Made by a program: the position numbers and the translations under genes
Notes under the pieces: generated by a model
The model's database searches: none
What the model saw: only the letters and a program-made list of their open reading frames with translations
Told to the model about the DNA's origin: nothing
Part shown: positions 47,225 through 58,365 of the stretch, piece by piece
Position numbering within the stretch: position 1 is the first letter of the stretch
How the letters are laid out: every line of letters starts with the position of its first letter
Assembly (NCBI GenBank): GCA_043747615.1
Contig: JAYTOU010000023.1
Location: 128,001 to 192,000, forward strand
Length of the DNA stretch: 64,000 nucleotides
Direction of reading: 5' to 3'
Source: Myxococcales bacterium
Lineage (GTDB): Bacteria > Myxococcota_A > Polyangia > Polyangiales > Polyangiaceae

Positions 47225-47734
47225 TCAAACCGCCTTGCCACCCGCCGGTTTGGCGCGAGCGGTGGGGGGCAGCGTGTAGACGGACAGAACGATGAAGGCG
47301 AAAAGAAAAACGAGCTGCCCTTTTCCCGAGAGCTCGGCAAGGCGATGCGCCGCTTCGAGATCCCGCCCGAGATCATTCAGGCCACGGATGGCCCCCGCTA
47401 GGTGCAGCCCTTCGATTTTGGGTGACAGATAGACGCCTTCAATCACGGCGAGCGACCCTGCGGCGAGCGCGGAGAAGCCGCGGGCCATATCCAAGCGCGA
47501 AATCTTCGCCGAGGTGCGCACGCGCACGAACTCGCCCGCGGCGAGGAGCGCGGCACAGGACATGGCCACCTTGTCGAAGCGGCGAAAGACGACGGTCATT
47601 GCGTCGGCGCTCGAAGGCGCGGGCACCATCCCGAAGACCACCGGAGCCGCGATCGCCCCGAGGGCCACGAGGCCGCCCGCCCACAGCGCGCAGGCGATCA
47701 AGCTCACCGCAGTGGAGATTTTAGACACATGCAT
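47225..47734 (-). CDS. DUF4149-like integral membrane protein
   Basis: Four TM segments; LWAGGLVALGAIAAPVVF; YLSPKI; AAHRLAE. Confidence 0.75.
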   Translation of the reverse strand: MHVSKISTAVSLIACALWAGGLVALGAIAAPVVFGMVPAPSSADAMTVVFRRFDKVAMSCAALLAAGEFVRVRTSAKISRLDMARGFSALAAGSLAVIEGVYLSPKIEGLHLAGAIRGLNDLGRDLEAAHRLAELSGKGQLVFLFAFIVLSVYTLPPTARAKPAGGKAV

Positions 47735-47735
47735 A

Positions 47736-48722
47736 TTACACGTACATCCTGACGCCGTGATGCGGATTGTGCGTTCCGAGCTCGAGCGCCGCCTTGTGCG
47801 ACCTCGCGATGATGGGGGCGCGGCCGCTCAACGTGAAGGAGACGTCGGCCCGCGCGAGCTTGGAGTTGAGGCAGTAGGTCATCTTCCCGTCGGGGTTCGG
47901 ATAGAAGAGGCCGACGAAGTCTTCCGTCTCCGCCCGCATCTCCCCGTCGATCCGAGCGAGCGCGCTTTCACCCTGGAATTTCCAGCGCCGCGTAGAGATC
48001 TCGCCGCGATTTTTGACGAGGTCGAAGACGGTGTTCAGCTCGTAGCGAACGCCGCGATGACGAACGAAGAGGATGGTCCTCGGCGGCAAGAGGACCGGCC
48101 CGAGCTTGATGCGGCCGCTTCCGCCTTCGAGCATCAGATCGAGCGAAGGGTCGTCCCACGCGTTGCAGTGGCCCCAGGCGTACTCTTGGTAGTGACCGGT
48201 GCCCCAATTGTGTCCGACGACCGCGGGCCACGCGTCGAGCTCCCACGTCGCGCCGTTCACTTCGATGCGCCCGCTCACCCGCGCGTCGGGAATGGGCGAG
48301 ACCGTCTTCGACGTGGGGAGCGGGCCTTCGTACATCCAGCGGTAGGGATACTGGACGAGCGGTTGTCCTCTACCGGCGATCGAGAGCTCCCACCCGACGC
48401 TTCGCCCGCCCGAGGCCACGTCGCCTGCGGTCGAGGTCGCGTCGAGCGTGCATCCGTCGACGAGGACATCGAGCACATTTTTGGAGAAGCGCGCTTCCGC
48501 AAAAGGGACGCTGGATTTCACGCCGACGTGACCGCGCTTGGTGTCGAAGGCAATGGCCCAGACGTCGGCGCTGGCGGCGCGCGGCAGGCGATTGCGTGCA
48601 AAAATAGTCCACTTCAGCCAGATCGCGCGCTGACTGTGGGGGTCGTTTGCCTTCAAGAAATAGCTCTCGACGTGCCCGCTGGGTGCGCTCGGCTCGAAGC
48701 GAGATCCTGCGTACGTCTCCAT
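47736..48722 (-). CDS. Tocopherol-cyclase/AttH-like beta-barrel protein
   Basis: ESYFLKAND...IWLKWTI; GHNWGTGH..YAWGHCN resembles the KNWG...WxW.QxN motif. Confidence 0.55.
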   Translation of the reverse strand: METYAGSRFEPSAPSGHVESYFLKANDPHSQRAIWLKWTIFARNRLPRAASADVWAIAFDTKRGHVGVKSSVPFAEARFSKNVLDVLVDGCTLDATSTAGDVASGGRSVGWELSIAGRGQPLVQYPYRWMYEGPLPTSKTVSPIPDARVSGRIEVNGATWELDAWPAVVGHNWGTGHYQEYAWGHCNAWDDPSLDLMLEGGSGRIKLGPVLLPPRTILFVRHRGVRYELNTVFDLVKNRGEISTRRWKFQGESALARIDGEMRAETEDFVGLFYPNPDGKMTYCLNSKLARADVSFTLSGRAPIIARSHKAALELGTHNPHHGVRMYV

Positions 48723-48726
48723 GGTG

Positions 48727-49767
48727 CTACTCACCGATCTCCTCTAGCGCCGTCGACCGGAGGCGTACGTCGACGGCCTCGGCCGAGAGCGCCCGGATGG
48801 CGTTCTTCGCCTCCGTGAGACGTGCCCGCCCAGCCGCGACGACGGCGGCGGTGCGGATGTCGCGATCGGTCGAACCAAGGTCACGAAGGACTTCGGCGAC
48901 CGCGCGCTCGTGCCCCAGTCGGGCAAGCGCGATTTTCGCGTGGAAGGCGCACGTATCGAGGAGCTTGCTCTTCACTCCCCACGCGCGTCGCTCGAGATCG
49001 GGCACGGCTTGTCTCAAGTCGAGCTGGCCGGCCATCTCCACGGCTGCACGCTCGTCCTCCTTCTCGAGCTTTCCGCCGTCACCACGGATCGCCTTCAAAA
49101 TAAGGGCATTCGCGGCCGCGTCCCCGCCCCTTCCCGCCACCTTGCCGAGGAAGATCGCGGCGGCGATCGCCACGTGATCCGAGGGATCGCCAAGGAGCTC
49201 CTTCGCGCGCACGGCGAGTGCGGCCAGCGCCTCTCGCACCGCGGGCTCGGTGTCTGCGCTCTCTATTTTTTCTTCGCCGACGCGGAGCGCGATGTAACGA
49301 ACGGCGTCATCGGCGTCGCCCAACGCCGTCTTCAACGCCGCCGCCAGATCTATGCCGTCGGACACGCGCGCGAAGGCGATCACCGCCTGGTAGCGGACCT
49401 CCGGACGTTCATCGACGAGCGCTCGCCGAAGACGCGGCGCCGCACGAACGTCCCCGATTTCGCCGAGCGCGTTGAGGGCCATTTGACGCACGTGGAGATC
49501 GGGATCTTCCACCGCGACGAGCAGCTTCGGGAGGGCTTCGCTGGCCTGCAGATCGGCGAGGGCGACCGCCGCGGCGGAGCGGACCGGAGGAGCTTCATCG
49601 GAGAGCGCCTTTTCCAACAGCGGAATCGCCTGCCTCCGCGTCGCCTCGTCGCGCGCGGCGTGCACGACTAGATCGGTCACCGCCGACACGCGCGTCTCTC
49701 TCCGCGCAGACGACAGATCGCGGAGACAGGCTTCGAGGTTTCGCGGAAGCGGCGGCGGCGCAAGCAT
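48727..49767 (-). CDS. HEAT-repeat (PBS-lyase-like) protein
   Basis: Repeated LxDxxxxVRxxAxxALG units. Confidence 0.88.
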   Translation of the reverse strand: MLAPPPLPRNLEACLRDLSSARRETRVSAVTDLVVHAARDEATRRQAIPLLEKALSDEAPPVRSAAAVALADLQASEALPKLLVAVEDPDLHVRQMALNALGEIGDVRAAPRLRRALVDERPEVRYQAVIAFARVSDGIDLAAALKTALGDADDAVRYIALRVGEEKIESADTEPAVREALAALAVRAKELLGDPSDHVAIAAAIFLGKVAGRGGDAAANALILKAIRGDGGKLEKEDERAAVEMAGQLDLRQAVPDLERRAWGVKSKLLDTCAFHAKIALARLGHERAVAEVLRDLGSTDRDIRTAAVVAAGRARLTEAKNAIRALSAEAVDVRLRSTALEEIGE

Positions 49768-49788
49768 CGAAGCTCGATCACTAGCACG

Positions 49789-50577
49789 TCATGATCCGCG
49801 GAGGCGTGTCTCCGCCGCGCGGCCCGCGATGAGCACGGACGCGCTGGTGATGAAGACCGCGACGGCGCCTACGACGAGGACATGCGGGGCACGGAGCATC
49901 GACGCGACTCCCTGGTCCAGCACGTTTCCCAGGGAGACGCCGTCCCGCGGACCGAAGCCGACGAAGGCGAGCGCGGCCTCGCTCACGACGATCGACGACG
50001 CCGTCGAGCCGAGCTGCACGGCGACGATCCCGACGAGATTGGGAACGATGTGTCGCACGACGATCTGCGCGCGTGACAGCCCGAGCGCCGTGGCTGCGTC
50101 GACGAACGCAGCTGAACGAAGCACGCGGGTCTGCGCCAGCGCCAACCGTGCGAACGGTGCCCAGGCGGTGAGCGCAAAGACGAACGCCAGGTGCACGCGC
50201 GTCGGGACCCGCACCGCCGAGAGCACCACCAGGGCGAGGAGGAACGTCGGAAAGGCCTGGAGGAGGTCGCACGCGCGGGCGACGAAGCGCTCGGTGCGTC
50301 CGCGAGCGAGGGCGGCAGTCGCGCCGAGTGGAGTTCCCACGGCGAAGCCGAAGAGAGCGACCACGGCAGCAAGCACGGCACCGCGCAGGACGGCGTGAGC
50401 GACGAGAGAGAACAGATCGACACCGGCCTCGCCGCATCCGAAGGGACGCGCAAGCGACGGCCCGCACCACGCGTCGAGCGGGTCGAGACGATTGGGGCTT
50501 GTTTTACCGAAGAGTACGACGCACGCGGCGACGGCGACGATCACCGCAAGAGGGAGCAGACGCAGAGCGCGCTTCAT
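49789..50577 (-). CDS. DppC/OppC-type ABC permease
   Basis: PFGCGEAGVD, AFPTFLLAL, EAA-loop FVDAATALGLS...RHIVPN, EAALAFVGFG. Confidence 0.9.
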   Translation of the reverse strand: MKRALRLLPLAVIVAVAACVVLFGKTSPNRLDPLDAWCGPSLARPFGCGEAGVDLFSLVAHAVLRGAVLAAVVALFGFAVGTPLGATAALARGRTERFVARACDLLQAFPTFLLALVVLSAVRVPTRVHLAFVFALTAWAPFARLALAQTRVLRSAAFVDAATALGLSRAQIVVRHIVPNLVGIVAVQLGSTASSIVVSEAALAFVGFGPRDGVSLGNVLDQGVASMLRAPHVLVVGAVAVFITSASVLIAGRAAETRLRGS

Positions 50578-50584
50578 CGCGGCC

Positions 50585-51568
50585 TCACGCGCGGACCCTG
50601 GGATCGATCGCCGCATGCAGCGCGCCCGCGACCCCCTGGGCGACGACGAAGAGAGCGCCCGCGAGGATCACCGACGCTTCGAGAACGGGAAGATCGCGCG
50701 ACGCGTACGCCTCGAGGATCAAGGTGCCGAGACCGGCGCGCTCGAAGAGTCTTTCGAGGACGACGGCGCCGCCGAGGAGCGCCCCCAGTTGCGTGGCCAC
50801 GACGGTGATGATCGGGCCGGTCGAAGCGGGGAGCGCGTGCACGACCCACACCCGGATCGATCCTGCGCCTTTCGCCATTGCGACCTGGAGAAACGGAGCA
50901 TGCGCCACCTCGGCAAGCGCCGCGCGACCCACCCGCCCCACCTGCGCGGCGAGCGGCAGCGCGAGGAGGGCGCTCGCGAAGAGGAGACCTCCGAGGCCAG
51001 CATCCGGGTCACCGGGGAGCGGAACGATCCGCCATTTCGCGGCGAGCAAGTAGGTGACGAGGGGCGCAAAGGCCAGGAGCGGAGACGCCGCGATGCCAAC
51101 GAATGCGCGTTCGATCCAGTGGCGGCGCGCACCCAGCCACGGCCCTTCTGCGAGGAGCGCGAGCCCCACGCCCACGATGGCACCTAGCAGGACAGCGAGC
51201 CCTGCGAGCTCACTGGTGGGCCCGAGAGCCTCCCACGCACGCGCGCTTGCACGCACGCCAGGCCGACGCAGCGACTCTCCAAACTCGAAGTGAGCGAGCC
51301 CTCCCAAGAAACGTGCATACTGCACATAAAGCGGCTGGTCGAAGTGAAGGCGGGCGCGCAGGGCGTGGAGCTCCGCCTCGGAGGCCTGATCGCCGAGGAC
51401 GAGCGCGGCGGGATCCCCCGGGAGCACCCGGAGCGCGAAGAAGACGAGCGAGGCGAGGACGAGGAGCACTGCGAGCGCCTCCAGCCCTCGTGAGACCAGC
51501 GCTGCGCCACTTCGGGCGACCGTGCGCCAGGCTTCCGAACGTCGGCTAGTCGGCGGCGTCGGCAGCAT
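50585..51568 (-). CDS. DppB/OppB-type ABC permease
   Basis: LPGDPA, DQPLYVQY, FGES, AMAKGAG...HALP, GGAVVLERLF..GLG, RDLPV. Confidence 0.9.
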   Translation of the reverse strand: MLPTPPTSRRSEAWRTVARSGAALVSRGLEALAVLLVLASLVFFALRVLPGDPAALVLGDQASEAELHALRARLHFDQPLYVQYARFLGGLAHFEFGESLRRPGVRASARAWEALGPTSELAGLAVLLGAIVGVGLALLAEGPWLGARRHWIERAFVGIAASPLLAFAPLVTYLLAAKWRIVPLPGDPDAGLGGLLFASALLALPLAAQVGRVGRAALAEVAHAPFLQVAMAKGAGSIRVWVVHALPASTGPIITVVATQLGALLGGAVVLERLFERAGLGTLILEAYASRDLPVLEASVILAGALFVVAQGVAGALHAAIDPRVRA

Positions 51569-52145
51569 CGGACGCGTCGGACGCGTCGGGCGCGCCGGCG
51601 TCGTTGATCGCGCTGTCGGTTGCCGCGGAGTCTACGATTGCCGCGTCGCTGACGGAGATCGGCGGCACGGGGGGCGCAGCGGCACGGCAGACGGGCGCGT
51701 TCGGGTCGTCGGGCGTCCCGCTGGTCGCCTGGTCGGGCGGAGGGATGCACACCATTTGCGATTGATTGTCGTCGAGCACCCGCGCGTTCCAGGGTGCGCT
51801 TTTGATGTCGGCGCAGACGTAGCCCGCGCGGCAGTCGCTCGAGCTGGCACACAGAGCCATGCAGAACGTTCGCCCGGTGCGCGAAGGCGTGCGGTCGTTG
51901 TACATGCAGCCCTGGACGCTCTGATCGAACTCGGCGCACACGGCCTTGTCGGGGCAGAGGTTTCCGCGGCAGTTGAAGATGGTGCAGTACCCGCCGGGCT
52001 GCGACGTGTCGCAGAGGCGATCGCCGCGGAGAGAGCAATCCGTCGACAGGACGCACTTGTCGCCGATGGAAGGCGTGCACGCGGTCAGGAACGCAAACAA
52101 GGCGACACCGACGGCGCGAAGGGCGGACCAAGAAGCGTCTTGCAT
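51546..52145 (-). CDS. Cys-rich lipoprotein
   Basis: Lipobox LTAC; IGDKC..STDC..C..PGGYCT..C; DAS/DAA tail. Confidence 0.8.
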   Translation of the reverse strand: MQDASWSALRAVGVALFAFLTACTPSIGDKCVLSTDCSLRGDRLCDTSQPGGYCTIFNCRGNLCPDKAVCAEFDQSVQGCMYNDRTPSRTGRTFCMALCASSSDCRAGYVCADIKSAPWNARVLDDNQSQMVCIPPPDQATSGTPDDPNAPVCRAAAPPVPPISVSDAAIVDSAATDSAINDAGAPDASDASDAADAAD

Positions 52146-52204
52146 CGAAACGCGGCGGACCGTAGCTCCCCTCCTACGTCTGCGGCAAGTGCATTTCCAA
52201 GCGT

Positions 52205-52238
52205 TTGACAGGGCAACCTACGACACCTATTAGGTTGC
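52205..52238 (+). promoter_or_regulatory. sigma70-type promoter with overlapping inverted-repeat operator
   Basis: TTGACA(52205-52210)-N17-TATTAG(52228-52233); GCAACCTA(52213-52220)-N10-TAGGTTGC(52231-52238). Confidence 0.6.
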
Positions 52239-52259
52239 GCTCGCAGGACCCGAGGTTAA

Positions 52260-53405
<1,146 letters not shown>

Positions 53406-53409
<4 letters not shown>

Positions 53410-54014
53410 GCTCCTCGCTCGAATAGCCACGCTTCGACAATCGCGAGCGCAGCGGCCGATGCAGCTTGGTTGTGCGCCCGCCACTCCGCGCGCCCACGTG
53501 ACCCGACCACGTTGGCGATCCCCAGCACGGCCGCGAAGCGCGTCTTCGCGAGAGCGCACGCCTGAGCGACGCCGAACGCTTCGAGATGCTCGAAGGAGCA
53601 CTGACTTCGAGCGGCGAGCTCGCCGGCAAGCATGTCGTCCGTGGTGATCGCAAGCGTCGTGGCCACCGGCCCCCGCGCGTTGCCCCCTGCCAGGGCGCTC
53701 GCGAGCTCGACGTCAGGCGTGAGGTCCAAGAGCATTGGCTCCGGGAAGGCCGCGCGATCGGTCACGTGACCGCCGTCGATCAGCCGGAAGCGATCGCCGA
53801 CGATGGCCGAATCGAGGGGAAAGGATTTGCCCGGGTACACGCCGCACGTCCCCACGAGGACGATCGCAGAAGGCTTCTCGGTGGCGATCAGGCTAGCCGT
53901 CCGGGCGGAGGCTTCGCACAATCCGATGCCGATCACCCGGGTCAAGTCACGGTACTTGCTCGCGCTCGCGAGCTCGGGTGGAAAGGCCGCCACGATTCTT
54001 ATGGAAGAGGTCAT
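53406..54014 (-). CDS. Purine/uridine phosphorylase superfamily protein, MqnB (futalosine hydrolase)-like
   Basis: GIG..EAS, LVGTCGVY, EHLEAFGVAQAC, LGIANVVG; start ATG 54014. Confidence 0.7.
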
Positions 54015-54152
54015 CGAAGTGCCCACCCAAAGCAACGTAGCCCAAAGCGGTGCACGTCGGCCTGCGGCCTCCGTAGACCTATTTACATTTTCACTGATTC
54101 CAAAGCGGTTGCCCCGGGGGCTCGCTCCGTCTACCCTTAAGGGCAACCGTCC

Positions 54153-55064
54153 ATGCGTCTCCTTCGCTTTGCCCCCATCGTTCTTTCACTCGCCGCGCTC
54201 ACGCTCGGTTGCACGGGGAACGTCGCCGCGTCGGGAGAAACCGCAGATGCCGAAGCAAGCGCCATCACAGCGGTCGTGGTCGTCGAGCGCACCAGCGGCA
54301 ACGCTCTGAATCAGGCTGAAAACGCCCGCGGCGAGGCCGTGGCCCGCTTCGTCCGTATGCGCTCCGGTGCCGTGGACGACGACGCCCTCCGCTCGGTCGG
54401 CGCGGCGGTCGATTTTCCCGCGCTGGGCACGTGCACGCGACTGTCCAGCGGCGGCGGGCCAACCGTCTTTCATGCCCTCGACCTCATGGACGTAGGCGCG
54501 GTCTCGCTGGAGACCGAAGCGGCCAAGACGAGCCTCGTCGCGCGCCGCCTGCCAGACGTCGCGGATCTCGTTTCCGGCGTCGTCTACACGGTTCGCGTGC
54601 GGGATGACGACCGAGTGGCGTTCCCGGTGCGTGGCCACTACGTCCTGCGCGCTGCAGGATCGCCCGATCTCGACGTCGCTCCGTTCGCTGTCGAGTCGAC
54701 CGTGATCGGCGAGCCCACGGACGTGCGCGTCGGTGGGCTCGAGCCGCACGCGGGAGAAAAGCTCCTCGTGCCGGCGACCCGCCTGGTCGACGTAACCTGG
54801 ACACGCCCGTCGACGAACGCCTCGACGACGGACGGTGAATCCGACGACCTCGTCTACATCGACGTCACCTCCGCGAGCGCCGCCACGACACGCTGCCTCT
54901 TCGCGGACAATGGTCGCGCGATTCTGAGCGGCTCTGCGTTCGGTGACGGCGACGGGACGGTCACCACCCACCGCCTCCATCGCGAAGTCTTTCACGCTCG
55001 TGGCATCGACGCAGGTGAGCTCCGCTTCGACTTCGCGCGCGCCGTCGCCTTCCGCCGCAGGTAA
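54153..55064 (+). CDS. Hypothetical lipoprotein
   Basis: Lipobox TLGC; beta-rich; strong codon bias. Confidence 0.75.
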   Translation: MRLLRFAPIVLSLAALTLGCTGNVAASGETADAEASAITAVVVVERTSGNALNQAENARGEAVARFVRMRSGAVDDDALRSVGAAVDFPALGTCTRLSSGGGPTVFHALDLMDVGAVSLETEAAKTSLVARRLPDVADLVSGVVYTVRVRDDDRVAFPVRGHYVLRAAGSPDLDVAPFAVESTVIGEPTDVRVGGLEPHAGEKLLVPATRLVDVTWTRPSTNASTTDGESDDLVYIDVTSASAATTRCLFADNGRAILSGSAFGDGDGTVTTHRLHREVFHARGIDAGELRFDFARAVAFRRR

Positions 55065-55100
55065 TTTCTCGCACCCACGGGCGCCGAAAGGACAGGAGCG

Positions 55101-55910
55101 ATGAACGGAGCGCACGTCCTTGCCACCGCGTTCGTGCTCGTCTCCTCTGTTGCGTGGGCCGAAGCGCCGAAGCCACGAACGGCGGCGAAGCCAGCGCCCC
55201 CGACGTACGGGACCTACGTCAGAAACTGGCACACGCCTAACGTCGGTAAGGTGCCCTCGCTCGATGCCGCGGGGCGTCCGATGCTTGCCATCTTTTCGAT
55301 CAACACGAACGACCGCGTGGAGCTCTCTGCAGCGAGCGACAACGGCGGCTTTTCAGCGCGGGATTTGGATCGCGCGGCCTTCGTTCTTCGCGAGCCCTCG
55401 AGCGGCAACGAGCATCCCGTCGAGCCACGAATTCTCGACGTGCTTTACCGGATCCAGACGCATTTCGCAGCGCAAGAAGTCCGCGTGATTTCCGCGTACC
55501 GCACGCCGCACGGCGGGTCGTCGAACCACGGACAAGGTCGCGCGATCGATCTCGTGGTTCCCGGCGCGAGCGACTCCGACGTTGCCAAGTTCGCCCGCGA
55601 GGTGGGCTTCGTCGGGGTCGGCATCTATCCGACGGGCGGCTTCGTCCACATCGACGCTCGGGCCCGAAGCTACTTCTGGGTAGACAGCAGCGGGCCCGGT
55701 CGGAGAAATCGAGAGCGCGGAATCATGGGCGATTCGGCCAAAAAGAGCGACGAACGAGCTCTTTCGCGCGGAGAGCATGCGACGCCCGCGTACGCGATCG
55801 CCAGCGACGTCGATGCGTTCCTCCGGGCGCGCACGGCCCAGGCAACTCCGACGACGCCTTCGGCTCCAGAAGAAGACGAGGACGCCGAGACGCCTTCATG
55901 GATGAGGTAG
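55101..55910 (+). CDS. YcbK/DUF882 family M15A Zn peptidase (MepK-like)
   Basis: Signal peptide; VISAYR, SNHGQGRAID, GVGIYP...FVHID. Confidence 0.88.
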   Translation: MNGAHVLATAFVLVSSVAWAEAPKPRTAAKPAPPTYGTYVRNWHTPNVGKVPSLDAAGRPMLAIFSINTNDRVELSAASDNGGFSARDLDRAAFVLREPSSGNEHPVEPRILDVLYRIQTHFAAQEVRVISAYRTPHGGSSNHGQGRAIDLVVPGASDSDVAKFAREVGFVGVGIYPTGGFVHIDARARSYFWVDSSGPGRRNRERGIMGDSAKKSDERALSRGEHATPAYAIASDVDAFLRARTAQATPTTPSAPEEDEDAETPSWMR

Positions 55911-57856
55911 AGGATGAGGACGTTGCCCGGCTAGTACAGGAAGAGCGCATCGCGGCCGCTGCGACTCTCGCGAGCGCACGCGGAGATGCACGGACAGCGA
56001 GCGAGCTGTTCGAGCGCGCCTGCGAGTGGCGACGGGCGGCGGAGGAGGCCGTCCGGGCGGGCGACGATGCCCGTGCGCTCCCGCTCGCGATCGTGGCCGA
56101 GGAAGACGCGCTAGCCGAGACCGCGCTCGAGCGCTTGGTGCGCGATAGTGCCATGGCGGCGCGGGTCGCCGGCACGCTCGAACGACGTGGGGAACACCGC
56201 TGGGCAGCGCGCGTGCTCGAACGGACCGGACAGCGCGCGGCCGCGGCGAAGGCTTGGGAAAAAGCAGGAGAGGCAGTGCGCTCGGCGGAGATCCTGGAGG
56301 AGCTGAAGGACGCCGTGGGCGCTGCGCGGGTACTCGAGGCCGCGGTGAGGCGAACGCCGACGCGCTGGGAAAATCACCTCGCGCTCGGGCGACTGCTCCT
56401 TCGCTACGGAAAGACCGAAGCTGCGGTTCGTGCACTCCAGCCCATCCCCGAGATTGCGCCCGAGAGACCGAGCGCGCTTGGCCTTCTCGCGCAGGCGCTC
56501 GGACGTCTCGGCTTCGATCAAGCCGCTACGGAGGCAGCGCGCGAGCTTGCTCGGCTCGGCGGCGCACCCGACGAAAAAAAAATCTCTGACGACCGCGGCG
56601 AGATCAAGCTGCGCCTCTTCGGACGCTATGACGTCGTGCGCGAAGTGGCCTCCACGGCGACAGCCCGGGTCCTTCAGTGTACGGACGCAGTTCGCGCAGA
56701 GGTCGTCGCGCTCAAGGTCTTCGCGGGCTACGACACACGCGGCGGTGGGAGGGACGTACTTGCGCGCTTCGAGCGCGAGGTGAAGGTGCTCGGTGCCCTC
56801 GATCATCCGAACGTGGTCCCCCTGCGCGACTATTTCCCAGATGGCCCCGCGCTCGTCCTCGGATGGATGTCCGGTGGCACGCTCGAGACGATGATCGAAG
56901 CTCGCTCGATCGCCCCGGCGCGGGCCATCGAGATCGCGTGTGCCGTGCTCAGCGCGCTCGGAGAAGCGCATCGGCTCGGCGTCCTTCATCGCGACATCAA
57001 GCCTGCCAACGTGCTCTTCGATGCCGCAGGCGTGGCTCGTCTCGGTGACTTCGGAGTCGCCCACCTCGGGGATCTCTCCGCCACGGCGACGGCGGGTCTC
57101 ATCGGGACCCTCGCGTACATGAGTCCGGAGCAGCGCGAAGGAAGACCGGCCACGGTGCGAAGCGACCTCTACGGCGTCGGAGCGATTCTCTTCGAGATGC
57201 TGACCGGTGAGCGGCTGGCGACCGATGGAACGACGAAGGTACGGCCGAGCGGTGTGCATCGCGACCTCGCAGCGAAACACGATGCGGTCGTCCTCGCGCT
57301 CGTCGCCCAGGACCCAGCAGACCGCCCTGCCGATGCCTTCGTCGCGCGACGCTCGCTGACTGCGCTCCCGTGGCCGAGCACGCTGGAGCCCGCTGCTCCG
57401 CGCCCTCTCGACGCGCCCCCGTCGCAGCGACCTCCTGCCGAGCGACTCGAAACGAGCCCGACCGAGCCCGATCTCGATCGATGGACGGGCCGCGCCGTCG
57501 AACGCGTTCCGGTCACTCCGCAATCGCTCGCGCGGGCGGGTGCGTTCGCGCGGGCAGGTCACGTGGCGCTCCAGACCGTGCTCCGCGTGAATACTGAATC
57601 GAGGGAAATTTGGCTGGCGCATCCCCTCGGAAGAGTGCTCGATCGCCCGCTCAAGCCGGCGGAGATCGCCACGCTGCGCGAAGCCATCGAGGCGCTTCAC
57701 GCGGCGGGCGCCGTGCACGGCAAAGTAGATCGCGCGCACGTCTTCGTCGGGGCCGACGAGTTACTCACGTTACGCTTCGTTCCCGAGGTCGAGCCGACCG
57801 CGACCATGGATTTAGACCGCATCGCCCTCCCCCGCCTTGCCGCGTCGACCGCCTGA
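55898..57856 (+). CDS. Ser/Thr kinase with N-terminal TPR-like repeats and a C-terminal degenerate kinase-like segment
   Basis: VALK, HPNVV, HRDIKPAN, DFG, YMSPEQ, SDLYGVG. Confidence 0.9.
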   Translation: MDEVEDEDVARLVQEERIAAAATLASARGDARTASELFERACEWRRAAEEAVRAGDDARALPLAIVAEEDALAETALERLVRDSAMAARVAGTLERRGEHRWAARVLERTGQRAAAAKAWEKAGEAVRSAEILEELKDAVGAARVLEAAVRRTPTRWENHLALGRLLLRYGKTEAAVRALQPIPEIAPERPSALGLLAQALGRLGFDQAATEAARELARLGGAPDEKKISDDRGEIKLRLFGRYDVVREVASTATARVLQCTDAVRAEVVALKVFAGYDTRGGGRDVLARFEREVKVLGALDHPNVVPLRDYFPDGPALVLGWMSGGTLETMIEARSIAPARAIEIACAVLSALGEAHRLGVLHRDIKPANVLFDAAGVARLGDFGVAHLGDLSATATAGLIGTLAYMSPEQREGRPATVRSDLYGVGAILFEMLTGERLATDGTTKVRPSGVHRDLAAKHDAVVLALVAQDPADRPADAFVARRSLTALPWPSTLEPAAPRPLDAPPSQRPPAERLETSPTEPDLDRWTGRAVERVPVTPQSLARAGAFARAGHVALQTVLRVNTESREIWLAHPLGRVLDRPLKPAEIATLREAIEALHAAGAVHGKVDRAHVFVGADELLTLRFVPEVEPTATMDLDRIALPRLAASTA

Positions 57857-57894
57857 AAGTTGCGCATCTTCCGCCGCGAGGGCAGGTTCGGAGG

Positions 57895-58365
57895 ATGACG
57901 TTCCTGCGCTGCCTTCCGCTTCTACTCGCTATCGGCCTCTCTGGGTGCGGGTCGAGTCCCCCGCCAGCCGCCGCGACGGTGCCCGCCGCAGGCACCCCGA
58001 AGGAGCCCGTCGCCGTCGCACGAGCCGCAGACGCGCCCACGAACGAGCTTCGCCGCTCAGTGGTCCACGAGGTGGTGGCCAAAGGACTAGGCTACTTCCT
58101 CCAGCGCGTTTCCATCGACGATCATCCGGTGTTCCTCGCAGGCAAATTCCACGGCTTCCGCATCGCGGCGCTCAACGGCGACGGCTGGCGGGGGATTGAC
58201 CTGCGTCCGGGCGACGTCGTCACCCACGTGAACGGCTTCACCATCGAGCGCCCCGAGCAAGCCATGGAGGCGTTTAAATCCCTCGACGTCGCCAGCGAGC
58301 TCCGGGTCGACTACGAGCGCGACGGCCTCCCCCGCGAGCTCCGCTTTTCGATCATCGACTCTTAG
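57895..58365 (+). CDS. PDZ-domain lipoprotein (GspC C-terminal PDZ-like)
   Basis: Lipobox LSGC; GFRI...LRPGDVVTHVNG...V.YERDG. Confidence 0.8.
   Translation: MTFLRCLPLLLAIGLSGCGSSPPPAAATVPAAGTPKEPVAVARAADAPTNELRRSVVHEVVAKGLGYFLQRVSIDDHPVFLAGKFHGFRIAALNGDGWRGIDLRPGDVVTHVNGFTIERPEQAMEAFKSLDVASELRVDYERDGLPRELRFSIIDS

Noticed and set aside
51560..51590. Short tandem GCGTCGGAC-like repeats
   Set aside because: They encode the DAS/DAA protein tail; not a CRISPR array or DNA repeat element
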